Shown piece after piece: positions 27,979-36,805 of a DNA stretch of 62,277 bases. Within the stretch, counting starts at the first letter, position 1, and every line of letters starts with the position of its first letter. The stretch is taken from the IMG/VR virus record IMGVR_UViG_3300020430_000009. One strand, given 5' to 3'. The notes beneath the pieces were generated by a model that was not told where the DNA came from, did no database searches, and saw nothing but the letters and a program-made list of their open reading frames with translations. This DNA comes from a virus. The translations under genes were made by a program, and so were the position numbers.

Positions 27979-29856
27979 TTACATTATACCTGCAGCTGCA
28001 AGATAAGGGTCTGCGGTGTCTACACCGGGGCCCTTATTCATTAGTGTAGTACCTCCAACCTTTACACTACGATCAGAAGCGTCGACATTTCCTCCAGTGC
28101 TAACATTTACATTTCCACCAGTTCCTCTGCCAGCGGATCTAGATCCACTATCTATAGCTGGTGGTTCAACACTGGTTGGTTTAACGGTAGTCTTTCCAAG
28201 TACAAAGTTAACTTTTTCTATTGTTTCTACGAGCTTGTCTATATTAAGATTTGGATTTAAGATACCACCTGAACCTTTTGGTCCAAAGTCTACTTCTTTC
28301 ATACCATCAAAATAGCCCGATCCAGCCTTACCACCATTTGCCATAACATTAAGTAAGTCGTAACTTGATGCTAGACTACTCGCTATATTTTGTATGCTTC
28401 TTTTGAAGTTTGTTACTCTTAAATTTTGTAATGACTCAAACGACTTTCCAAAATTAACGAGCGCATTTCCCATTAGGTCTAAGCTCTTTATCATTTGTAC
28501 GTCTAAGTCTTTTAGTGGAGCTAAAGAATCTACTATTGCTGCGATCTGACCTTTTCTTCTCTTATCTTGGTTGGCCTCCATGTTAGTGCCAAATAAAAAG
28601 TTAATTACTTTTGTGGCACCTTCCATTACACTATCAGTTATAGCACCTAGACCAGCTGCTCCAAAAAACTTTAACATCGCAGGTCCTACACCAGACAGCG
28701 CACTTACTTTATCTCCAATATTTGAATCAAGTTTTCCAAGTTCACCTAGAGCCTCTGCCATATTTTTCATAATGTCTTTAAGGCCACCTCCAGTTACTCC
28801 CATCTTATTGAAGAGATCGCCAACTCCAGCCAAAGCTCCGAAGAAACCAGCTACACCAGCGCCGATCAAGGTCATACCAATTGAAGCCATGCCAGCTAAT
28901 GGCGCGCCGAATAATCCTAGTGCTGCTCCAGTTCCCATAAATGCGCCTAGTGCTTTTAAACTATCTGGTGAAAAAGCATTAAGCGCTTCTGCTACGTTCT
29001 TCATCATGGTCGTAATAGCAGAACCGTCGACGTTTAGTAATTGAGTTAGCTTATCACCTACACCTAAAGCTGTAAAGAATCCAGCGATACCAGCTCCAAT
29101 AGCTGTAATTCCAACGGCCGCTTTTGCCGCCTTACCTACACCAAATAAAGCTGCAAGTGCTCCACCACCTGCCATAAGACCACCAAGCTTTACCAAACCT
29201 TCATTTGAAAGAGAACCTAGTGCCTCACCAAAATTCTTTAAGAATGCAGATATATTCTTTCCACCGCCACTATCCATCATTTCCATAGCTTTATCAGATG
29301 CGGCTAAAGCCGTAAAGAAACCAGCTATTCCAGCTCCCATAAGAGCTATTCCTGCTCCAGCGCTAAATCCTTTACCAAGTGCTCCAAATATAGCACCGGT
29401 CGCTAGAACCGCGCCAATGGCCTTCAGACCATTACCACCAAGACCTTCAAGGCCTTCACCTAAGTTAATCAATAATTTTTTAAGGTTGTCACCACCACCA
29501 AACTTTTGCATGATAGCCTCGGCTCCAGCAAGACCCATAAAGAAAGCGCCAACACCTGCACCTGCCGCTCCTATACCAATTCCTGCTCCACCGAGTATTG
29601 CTCCTAGACCTTTACCACCTAAGAAACCACCAAGGCCTGACATAATACCACCGCCACCAGATTTTTTACCACCTCTGGCTTGTGCTGCCGCAGCTGTATT
29701 AGAACCTTTTTCTCTGCCTTCTTCTAGTTTTTTTCTAGCTTCACTGGCAAAATAAGCTCCAAACATGTTTTCAAGACCGGCAACGCCGGCACTGATGTCG
29801 ACATTTGTCTCATTGTTTTCTTTAAGTTGCTGAATTACGTCGTCTAGTTTAGCCAT
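27979..29856 (-). CDS. tail tape measure / baseplate hub (gp29-like) protein
   Basis: 625 aa with repeated Gly/Ala-rich helices (GAGIAGFFTAL); downstream of gp26/gp51. Confidence 0.65.
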   Translation of the reverse strand: MAKLDDVIQQLKENNETNVDISAGVAGLENMFGAYFASEARKKLEEGREKGSNTAAAAQARGGKKSGGGGIMSGLGGFLGGKGLGAILGGAGIGIGAAGAGVGAFFMGLAGAEAIMQKFGGGDNLKKLLINLGEGLEGLGGNGLKAIGAVLATGAIFGALGKGFSAGAGIALMGAGIAGFFTALAASDKAMEMMDSGGGKNISAFLKNFGEALGSLSNEGLVKLGGLMAGGGALAALFGVGKAAKAAVGITAIGAGIAGFFTALGVGDKLTQLLNVDGSAITTMMKNVAEALNAFSPDSLKALGAFMGTGAALGLFGAPLAGMASIGMTLIGAGVAGFFGALAGVGDLFNKMGVTGGGLKDIMKNMAEALGELGKLDSNIGDKVSALSGVGPAMLKFFGAAGLGAITDSVMEGATKVINFLFGTNMEANQDKRRKGQIAAIVDSLAPLKDLDVQMIKSLDLMGNALVNFGKSFESLQNLRVTNFKRSIQNIASSLASSYDLLNVMANGGKAGSGYFDGMKEVDFGPKGSGGILNPNLNIDKLVETIEKVNFVLGKTTVKPTSVEPPAIDSGSRSAGRGTGGNVNVSTGGNVDASDRSVKVGGTTLMNKGPGVDTADPYLAAAGIM

Positions 29857-30034
29857 TTCCTTGTCTCTGTTTTAGTTCTTCTTCTTTAATTAAATCAACT
29901 AACATTCCAACATATACTTCTTTTTCCCACGGTATCAAATTGTCTATCTCACTAAGTGAATACTTATGGTGTTGCATTAAATCAAAATTTGTTTTATAAT
30001 ACGCATGCAACGACGTATGAGATAGACTAATTAT
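29849..30034 (-). CDS. gp51: gp51-like baseplate hub assembly domain, probably reached by -1 frameshift from gp26 (not in ORF track)
   Basis: frame reads IISLSHTSLHAYYKTNFDLMQHHKYSLSEIDNLIPWEKEVYVGML...; the conserved-looking part starts before the first ATG. Confidence 0.75.
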   Translation of the reverse strand: MISLSHTSLHAYYKTNFDLMQHHKYSLSEIDNLIPWEKEVYVGMLVDLIKEEELKQRQGNG

Positions 30035-30744
30035 AAAAAACTTTGCAGGCCCTCCAACACTATGGTATTTTTCTCTTTACATTTACCACATTCATAATTT
30101 ACGTCATAAGTAAGCTTTGGAATCTTTTCAACATATTCTCTAACCTTACCAAACTGTTCTTGAGTCATAGACTCTAAAAACTCTTGAAACTCTTCATGCG
30201 AAGTATCGTTCATATCGATTCTTTCTTCGTCTGTCATGACAGACATGACTGATTCTTTAATTAAAGCAAAAGCCTGTTCAGTTTTATCGAACCCTATTGC
30301 TTTTTCGTTTTTCATCATAGACATAAAAGTCGGGTGCTGCATTTCTAGCACTACATTGTCTGTAATTTTAACTTCATTATCGTCTGTCTGACCTTTCATT
30401 TCAATCTTACTTAAATCGATGGTTACTTCTGTCTCATGTTGATCTTCGCACTTATCACATTTAAGTAACACTTTAGTTGTTTCACCAACTGACTTTGCTC
30501 TAATTTGCAAAAATAAGTATTCGACATCGTAACCTGTTAATTTTTTAGTATCTATTTCGTCTATAATACACGCAGTTACGGCATCTAACATGGCCATGGC
30601 GATTTGTTGAGGATCTTGAGATTCTAAAGCAATCAACATAACTTTTTCTTCTTTAACAAGAAAAGGTCTTACTGATACTTTTTTATTTAGTGATGGTACC
30701 AAGATCTGATATTTAGGTACGTTATTTAGTTTTGGCAGCGCCAT
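30031..30744 (-). CDS. gp26: baseplate hub assembly chaperone gp26
   Basis: MALPKL..P.Y, RPFLVKEEK, LFLQIRAKSVGE and two CxxC motifs. Confidence 0.85.
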   Translation of the reverse strand: MALPKLNNVPKYQILVPSLNKKVSVRPFLVKEEKVMLIALESQDPQQIAMAMLDAVTACIIDEIDTKKLTGYDVEYLFLQIRAKSVGETTKVLLKCDKCEDQHETEVTIDLSKIEMKGQTDDNEVKITDNVVLEMQHPTFMSMMKNEKAIGFDKTEQAFALIKESVMSVMTDEERIDMNDTSHEEFQEFLESMTQEQFGKVREYVEKIPKLTYDVNYECGKCKEKNTIVLEGLQSFL

Positions 30745-30757
30745 TTCATTTCACTCC

Positions 30758-31387
30758 TTAAAATAATGATATTCCACCAAGAGGTGTTTGTATGTCCATA
30801 TTAATAAAGTTCTGCACTCCACTAGCAACTCTCCAGTTAGTGTATGCAAATGTAACGGTCAATTGGACTAGACCGTCAAGTTCGTTGTTTAAGTCTACCT
30901 GACTAGTATTTATTGGAAACGCGTCGATCAAATCTACACTGTAAACCGAGCCTCCTCCAAGACCAAGATTAAATCTAATAGGTCCTAGTTGTTTACTAAA
31001 TCCTTTCAATGGTTGTCTTAGCTGATGGATTTGTACTGTTCTTGCGTATTCTTTCTTATAATTAGATTCCATACCGGTCTCATTTATTACTGATGAGCGC
31101 CAGTTATCAAAGTACTTTTTAACTCCATAGTCATTCATAAGATAAAAGGTCATAGACACGTCGTCCACAGCATAGCCATAAGCCATCTTTTGAAACTCCA
31201 TACCTATTCGTCTTTCGTTAGTTATGATAGTTTTTGCCGGTAAGCTAGCGTTACTGCAGAGTATGTTTATGTTTCTAGTACTTTCACCACCAAAAGTTCC
31301 GGGCAAAGTAACTAAAAATCTGTTGTTTCTTGCAAAACCTAATTTAACCGAGGCTAAAGCTTTTAATTCATCTACACTAGTTGCCAT
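30758..31387 (-). CDS. tail tube initiator / tube-like protein (gp54-like)
   Basis: GFARNNRFLV, DAFPINTSQVDL and LTVTFAYTNW; ATG at 31387. Confidence 0.7.
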   Translation of the reverse strand: MATSVDELKALASVKLGFARNNRFLVTLPGTFGGESTRNINILCSNASLPAKTIITNERRIGMEFQKMAYGYAVDDVSMTFYLMNDYGVKKYFDNWRSSVINETGMESNYKKEYARTVQIHQLRQPLKGFSKQLGPIRFNLGLGGGSVYSVDLIDAFPINTSQVDLNNELDGLVQLTVTFAYTNWRVASGVQNFINMDIQTPLGGISLF

Positions 31388-31970
31388 TGGCAGCTCTCCT
31401 AGAATCAGAGTATATACTTCCTGCACTAGACTTTTTCCATGATGCGGTTGGTAAGAACGTAGCAATTTCCCACTCAGGTGCAGGCACTTCAGCAAATTTT
31501 GATTTTACTTGACTAAGTAGATAATGTTTAAAGCAAGGCTTGAAATATCTAAATTTTCGTGTACCACTTAATAAACTGTATGTCAATCTAAATTTGGTAG
31601 TGTTGTCGTATTTTTTGTTATTAGTTATCTCTAGCAATCCATCTAAAAATTTAGCTCTTAATACAGGAGGAAGATAGTGTAAGTTAACTCCATAGAATCC
31701 ACCCTTAGCTGGTTCTACTGGAATTGTAAGTGGAAACGTATCGTAGTACGGCAATTTGTCTTTTGTCTTTGGATCGTAGAAAAACATAAACATTCCACCA
31801 TAACTATGGGTACGAACTTGTTCTAATTCATCTTCTCTCATAAGCTGTTCGCGATTTATTCTCGTCAACCTTTGAATTCTTCTACGAAACCAGTCTCGAG
31901 ATTGCGCTGTACGCGGTGTAATACCAGCTCTAAATGCTTCTAGTTCTAGTTTTTGAAAGAGATTGCTCAT
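31377..31970 (-). CDS. gp2: DNA end protector protein gp2
   Basis: YDPKTKDKLPYYDTFPL, GVNLHYLPP and PCFKHYL motifs. Confidence 0.9.
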   Translation of the reverse strand: MSNLFQKLELEAFRAGITPRTAQSRDWFRRRIQRLTRINREQLMREDELEQVRTHSYGGMFMFFYDPKTKDKLPYYDTFPLTIPVEPAKGGFYGVNLHYLPPVLRAKFLDGLLEITNNKKYDNTTKFRLTYSLLSGTRKFRYFKPCFKHYLLSQVKSKFAEVPAPEWEIATFLPTASWKKSSAGSIYSDSRRAANGN

Positions 31971-31975
31971 ACTTC

Positions 31976-31983
31976 TATTTATA
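31976..31983 (-). promoter_or_regulatory. T4-type late promoter TATAAATA
   Basis: exact consensus just upstream of gp2. Confidence 0.75.
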
Positions 31984-31984
31984 A

Positions 31985-32488
31985 CTATTTTTTGCGCTTT
32001 TTACGCCTGAATTGTTTTAATGGTTTATATGTACCTTTGAGCTTTCCAGGGACTGGTTTTTGCATAAGTTTCATTTCTTGTAAAGTCTTTTCAGTCCATA
32101 TTTGAAACTCCCATCCTCTATCTTTAGCAAATTCATTTGCGGCTTCCCACTTATTCATATTTTTTATATATGTCAAACCTTCACTTATGTACTGCTTAGT
32201 CTTTCTTTTACCTTCAGGTGGCCGTGTTTCTTTTTCTGGTTTTATCTCTACTAAGAGAGTTTTATCATCAAATACTATTTTCATGTCAACAAAATATCTG
32301 TGGTATTTCTTATCAACTTCATAAAAATACGGCACTATAACTTCTTCAGAACTCCAATTTCTTACCTTTGGATTATTATCGCACCACTGAAATACGGCTT
32401 TCTCCCATAAAGACCTATATACTACTTTAGAGGCATCACCTTTGTACTTTTGTCTGTTCTTAACTTTATATAAGCCTGAATAAACCAT
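31985..32488 (-). CDS. gp4: head completion nuclease gp4
   Basis: KYKGD...YRSLWE, WSSEE, HRYFVD, EIKP and NKWEAA motifs. Confidence 0.9.
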   Translation of the reverse strand: MVYSGLYKVKNRQKYKGDASKVVYRSLWEKAVFQWCDNNPKVRNWSSEEVIVPYFYEVDKKYHRYFVDMKIVFDDKTLLVEIKPEKETRPPEGKRKTKQYISEGLTYIKNMNKWEAANEFAKDRGWEFQIWTEKTLQEMKLMQKPVPGKLKGTYKPLKQFRRKKRKK

Positions 32489-32497
32489 GATTTTCGT

Positions 32498-32505
32498 TAT
32501 AAATA
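32498..32505 (+). promoter_or_regulatory. T4-type late promoter TATAAATA
   Basis: exact consensus upstream of gp48. Confidence 0.75.
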
Positions 32506-32544
32506 GAAAAATAATACTTAACTATATCTATAAGGAAAAAAAAT

Positions 32545-33879
32545 ATGCCAATGCTAGATTTTCCGGGAGCTAAGCTACAAAAGCTAGGTCCAAGTGGAGA
32601 AAAGATAGTTGCCAATGCCGTACCAGGGCTAGATGCTTTTGGTGGAGAAGGCCCTAAAATCAAAAATGTTGTATCCACTGCTACTTCAACGATAGGCAAT
32701 GAACTGTTATCTTTCGCTCAGTCATTGCAAGGCCATGGCGAAGATCTGAAATATCCATTAGAAACTGGTAATCCAGCTTATCAGTCACGAGTAAAATTTC
32801 AAGTCTTTGAATTTAGATCAAAGCAAGATGGCGTTACACAGAAATCTCATGTTAAACAACCGACTGACAATCTTTCAACTAACACAGGATTAGTAGACGG
32901 TACTGAACATGCTGAAGAATTTGCAAATTTAGGGCCATCAACTACAGCATCTCAAAGTTTAAAAAAACCATTATCGCCTGATGAAGAAGATGAAGCATTA
33001 GAAATAGCCGAAAGAGGTATATCAGCTCAAACTGAAAAAGCTCTGGCAGGAGCTGCAGCTCAAGGAGACTCGATAACTGATACGGCCATTGGTAAAGCCG
33101 CTATAGCTGCAGTATCAGGTGGATTGGACTTTCAACTTAAAAGAGACGAACCAATCGTTGATCTGTACATGCCAATTTCTTTTAACTATGCTGATGGTGT
33201 ACAATATGAAAATGCGAGTCTAGGAGCCTCCGGAGCAGTTACAGAGGCTTTGGTTAATGCAGGAGCTGATGTGGCTGTAGGCGCTGGAAAAGCGGTGGCA
33301 GATTTATACGAAAACGCTAAAGGTAGTTTCTTTGATCTACTAGATGGAAATGTTGATATAGCTTCTGAAGCTTCGAGATTTAGTTTACAAAGAATAAACG
33401 AAATATTTAATCCACTTAGTGGAATCAGAAATGCTGTGACAGGCGCTACGAGAATGATTATCAATCCAAACGTAAGAGCTTTATTTAGAGGAGTCAATCT
33501 AAGAGAATTTGCGTTTCAATTTAAGTTTATCGCTGATTCTGCACAAGAAGCAGAACAAGTGCGCAAGATAATTAAGCACTTTCGAAAACAATTATATCCA
33601 GATACATTTGGAGCATCGTTTAACGTTGGTGGAACTACAGTAAATGCAGACGTTGGATACAAGTTTCCACATGTATTTCAGATAAGTTTTCATCATAGGG
33701 GAAGTAGAAACTTAAAACTTCCGAAATTTAAGTATTGTTATTTAAGAAATGTCAATCACACTATTAATCCAACAGGTGGAGCATTACGTAGAGATGGACA
33801 GCCAAACGAAATAGATCTTACACTTAGCTTTGTAGAGTATAAGGCACTAACAAAACAAGATATCGAACAAGGATTCTAA
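32545..33879 (+). CDS. gp48: baseplate tail-tube cap gp48
   Basis: LYMP, INPN..LFRGVNLREFAFQFKF and LTLSFVE motifs. Confidence 0.8.
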   Translation: MPMLDFPGAKLQKLGPSGEKIVANAVPGLDAFGGEGPKIKNVVSTATSTIGNELLSFAQSLQGHGEDLKYPLETGNPAYQSRVKFQVFEFRSKQDGVTQKSHVKQPTDNLSTNTGLVDGTEHAEEFANLGPSTTASQSLKKPLSPDEEDEALEIAERGISAQTEKALAGAAAQGDSITDTAIGKAAIAAVSGGLDFQLKRDEPIVDLYMPISFNYADGVQYENASLGASGAVTEALVNAGADVAVGAGKAVADLYENAKGSFFDLLDGNVDIASEASRFSLQRINEIFNPLSGIRNAVTGATRMIINPNVRALFRGVNLREFAFQFKFIADSAQEAEQVRKIIKHFRKQLYPDTFGASFNVGGTTVNADVGYKFPHVFQISFHHRGSRNLKLPKFKYCYLRNVNHTINPTGGALRRDGQPNEIDLTLSFVEYKALTKQDIEQGF

Positions 33880-33880
33880 T

Positions 33881-34609
33881 ATGCTTTATTTTGAAGACTT
33901 TAAAACTTTACTATATAACTTTGGAAATGAAGTTGATCCAGTAGTATTTCAAGATATATCTAAATACGCCGACGTAGTAGATCAGATAAAAGATAATCTA
34001 ACTTTCTTTAATCTGCATTTTGTACAAGAAGGATTTAGACCGGATCAAGTTTCAATACAATTATATGGTACACCACTTTATTACTGGACTTTTTATCTTC
34101 TTAATGACGATATTAGACAACAAGGTTGGCCATTGATTAGAGGTGAACTCGAAGCTTACACTAAAAAATTATTTCCAAATACAGTTTTGACAACTCGAGA
34201 TGATATTGCGTCGAAACTTAAAGTAGGACAAATTGCAATTGGTGCTCTTTCTGGAGCGAGTGGTAAGATCATAAGAAGAAATCTCGACCTTGGTCAAATA
34301 GTAGTAGAAGGAACTGTAGGATTTAGAATTGGTGGAGAAAATATTAACTCAACAAATTCTGATGGAGATCTTGAAACCATATTTGCAGTTTCTAGTGCTA
34401 ATGAGTTTCAATCAGAATCTCACTATATTGATGGAAGTGGAGCGATTGTAGATATAGATCCACACGTAGGCCCGGGCGCGCTTCTTACTGGTAAAACTTT
34501 TGAAGAAGTATATTTTGACGTCAATGAAAGTTTACGTACTATAAAAATTATTAAGCCATCATTAATGAGTACAGTAATATCAGGTTATAAAAAAGCGATA
34601 AAGTCATAA
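33881..34609 (+). CDS. gp53: baseplate wedge subunit gp53
   Basis: RPDQVSIQLYG...YWTFYLLN...WP motif. Confidence 0.8.
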   Translation: MLYFEDFKTLLYNFGNEVDPVVFQDISKYADVVDQIKDNLTFFNLHFVQEGFRPDQVSIQLYGTPLYYWTFYLLNDDIRQQGWPLIRGELEAYTKKLFPNTVLTTRDDIASKLKVGQIAIGALSGASGKIIRRNLDLGQIVVEGTVGFRIGGENINSTNSDGDLETIFAVSSANEFQSESHYIDGSGAIVDIDPHVGPGALLTGKTFEEVYFDVNESLRTIKIIKPSLMSTVISGYKKAIKS

Positions 34610-34610
34610 A

Positions 34611-35963
34611 ATGTCAAACACAGCATTAGCTCAACAACAAACCGATTTTCAGATTCTAAGTGCAGTTATTTCTAGTGATAGAAATGTAGTAGGAATTGAT
34701 ATCGCAAAAGTTATAAGTGACTTTGTAATCTATGAACACATAGAAAAAGCATATCTCACAGCTAGGTTTCTATTTATTGATCAAGAAAATATAGTTCAAG
34801 ATATGGACTTTCAAGGTGGAGAAAAATTAACACTTACACTACAGCATTCCGAAGAAAGAGTTACAGGAAACGAAATAGTAAAAGTATTTCTTATCGATAA
34901 GATTGACAACATATTTAAAGTAGACGAAAGAAATGAATCAGTCTTTATACACTGTATTGAATATCATGCTTTTGAATCTGCCGCTCAAAATATCAGTAAG
35001 TCGTATTCTGGAGCTCCTTCTAAAATAATCAAAAAGATACTAGAAGAGTTTTTAGATAAAGAGTTGCTTATAGATGACGTTGATGCTATAAATGATCTTA
35101 AAGTAATAATACCAAATTTAGATCCAATTGAAGCTTGTAACTGGTTGAAAAAAAGAGTCTTGTCTCAGTCTGGATTACCCTTTTATCTTTATTCAGCTTT
35201 AGGTGTAAACAACTTAGTACTGAAAAGTTTAGATAAGATGTTAACGCAATCACCACTTAACTTAAATACACCTTACATATATGCACCAAGTATAACTTCT
35301 AATGACGCAGGCGCTCAAAAACAGTATCTCATAGAAAGCTATGAATATAATGAAGGAGAAAAATTAATGCCATTGGTGATGGAAGGATTAGTTGGAGCTG
35401 AGTATCAGTTTTTTAACACTATGACTGGAACTCCTACTAAAATTCACTTTGATGTTGACGAAGATTTATTTGGTCCGCTCGTCTTAGATAATAAACTAGG
35501 ATCTCAAAATACAAGATATAATTATGCGCCTGGGTATAAAGTTAAAGATAAACCATTAAGCCAATTAGATTCTAAATCAATAACTCAAATATCTTCGTCT
35601 GGAGCTTACAAACAGCTTCAAGGTAATTTTAAGAGTTATAACGATGAATCGGCCTCAGGACAACACAGAAGAAAAGCCATTGGTGCGGCCGTAAAAAAGT
35701 TTGTAACTAAGACTCCTCTAAGAATTACTGTATCTGGCCGAGAGTTTTTAACTGGAGACGAGAATTATACTATTGGTAAAACAATAAGAGTCTTATTTTT
35801 AGACAATACACAAGAATCTGGAGAGCAAAGACCAAAATACGACCAAAAAAAATCAGGTGATTATATTATATTTGCTACCGAACATATATTTAAAACAGAA
35901 AGATATGACGTGAATCTGTTACTTGGTAAAGTAGCTTCTGTCGGAGAGGAGCCAATCACATGA
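34611..35963 (+). CDS. baseplate hub protein (gp27-like)
   Basis: position between gp53 and gp5; GGEKL, SKSYSG and KSGDYII..TEH motifs. Confidence 0.6.
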   Translation: MSNTALAQQQTDFQILSAVISSDRNVVGIDIAKVISDFVIYEHIEKAYLTARFLFIDQENIVQDMDFQGGEKLTLTLQHSEERVTGNEIVKVFLIDKIDNIFKVDERNESVFIHCIEYHAFESAAQNISKSYSGAPSKIIKKILEEFLDKELLIDDVDAINDLKVIIPNLDPIEACNWLKKRVLSQSGLPFYLYSALGVNNLVLKSLDKMLTQSPLNLNTPYIYAPSITSNDAGAQKQYLIESYEYNEGEKLMPLVMEGLVGAEYQFFNTMTGTPTKIHFDVDEDLFGPLVLDNKLGSQNTRYNYAPGYKVKDKPLSQLDSKSITQISSSGAYKQLQGNFKSYNDESASGQHRRKAIGAAVKKFVTKTPLRITVSGREFLTGDENYTIGKTIRVLFLDNTQESGEQRPKYDQKKSGDYIIFATEHIFKTERYDVNLLLGKVASVGEEPIT

Positions 35964-36805
35964 GTTTTTATGGCGATCAAACTCGATGGTTTGTCGGCAC
36001 AGTTGTTGACGTTAACGATCCACTTAAATTAGATAGAGTAAGAGTTAGAGTGCATGGTGTTCATTCATCTAACACGGTTGATGTTCCTAACCAAGATTTA
36101 CCATGGGCACAGGTTAACATACCAGTTACTGAAGATGGAAGTTCTGGATTAGGCGCAAACTGCAGTTTGAAAAATAGAGCGCAAGTCTTTGGCATATTTT
36201 TGGACGGTAAAAATTCACAACTTCCATTAATCTTAGGTTCAATACCTAAAATAGAATTAGACGATAATGAATTATCTGAGCAGTTAGACAAAGCTGATTC
36301 ATTGATAGATATAGAAATAACAGGAAATACTAACACTGAGAAAGCGTTTAACTTTTTTGTTTCAGAAGCTGGTGGAGGATTTTCAGAAAAACAAGCTTGT
36401 GGAATGATTGGTAATTTTATGGTAGAATCTGGTGCAAATGCCAATAATGGAGATTTAAATCCTTCTGCTAGATCTGGATTTGAAGATGAGAATAGTTTTG
36501 GAATTGCTCAGTGGAATCCAGCAAAAGCAGCTGGAAACAGGTTTGGCCAACTAGTAGATTTTGCTAACCAAAGAAATTTAAATTACAGAGATATAGAAAC
36601 ACAACTTAAGTTTGTAAAGTTTGAACTGGAAACAACCCCATACTTAGGCCTTGGTAAATTAAGAAAAACAAAGACCGTAAAAGAGGCAACAATAGTATTT
36701 CAAGATAAGTATGAAAGACCAAATAAAGATTTAGCACATACTAATCAAAGAGTAGCTTTTGCTAATGAGGTCTATAAAAAATTAGGTATAGGAGCGACGA
36801 CGTAA
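35960..36805 (+). CDS. gp5: gp5 N-terminal OB domain fused to phage tail lysozyme
   Basis: WFVGTVVDVNDPLKLDRVRVRV..LPWA; then ACGMIGNFMVES, GIAQW and YERP. Confidence 0.85.
   Translation: MSFYGDQTRWFVGTVVDVNDPLKLDRVRVRVHGVHSSNTVDVPNQDLPWAQVNIPVTEDGSSGLGANCSLKNRAQVFGIFLDGKNSQLPLILGSIPKIELDDNELSEQLDKADSLIDIEITGNTNTEKAFNFFVSEAGGGFSEKQACGMIGNFMVESGANANNGDLNPSARSGFEDENSFGIAQWNPAKAAGNRFGQLVDFANQRNLNYRDIETQLKFVKFELETTPYLGLGKLRKTKTVKEATIVFQDKYERPNKDLAHTNQRVAFANEVYKKLGIGATT

Noticed and set aside
28016-29755. Plus-strand ORFs opposite the tape measure-like gene, and similar antisense ORFs elsewhere (e.g. 469-867, 3929-4363, 45907-46329, 60924-61421)
   Set aside because: Shadow frames of well-supported genes, without SD sequences or recognisable motifs.
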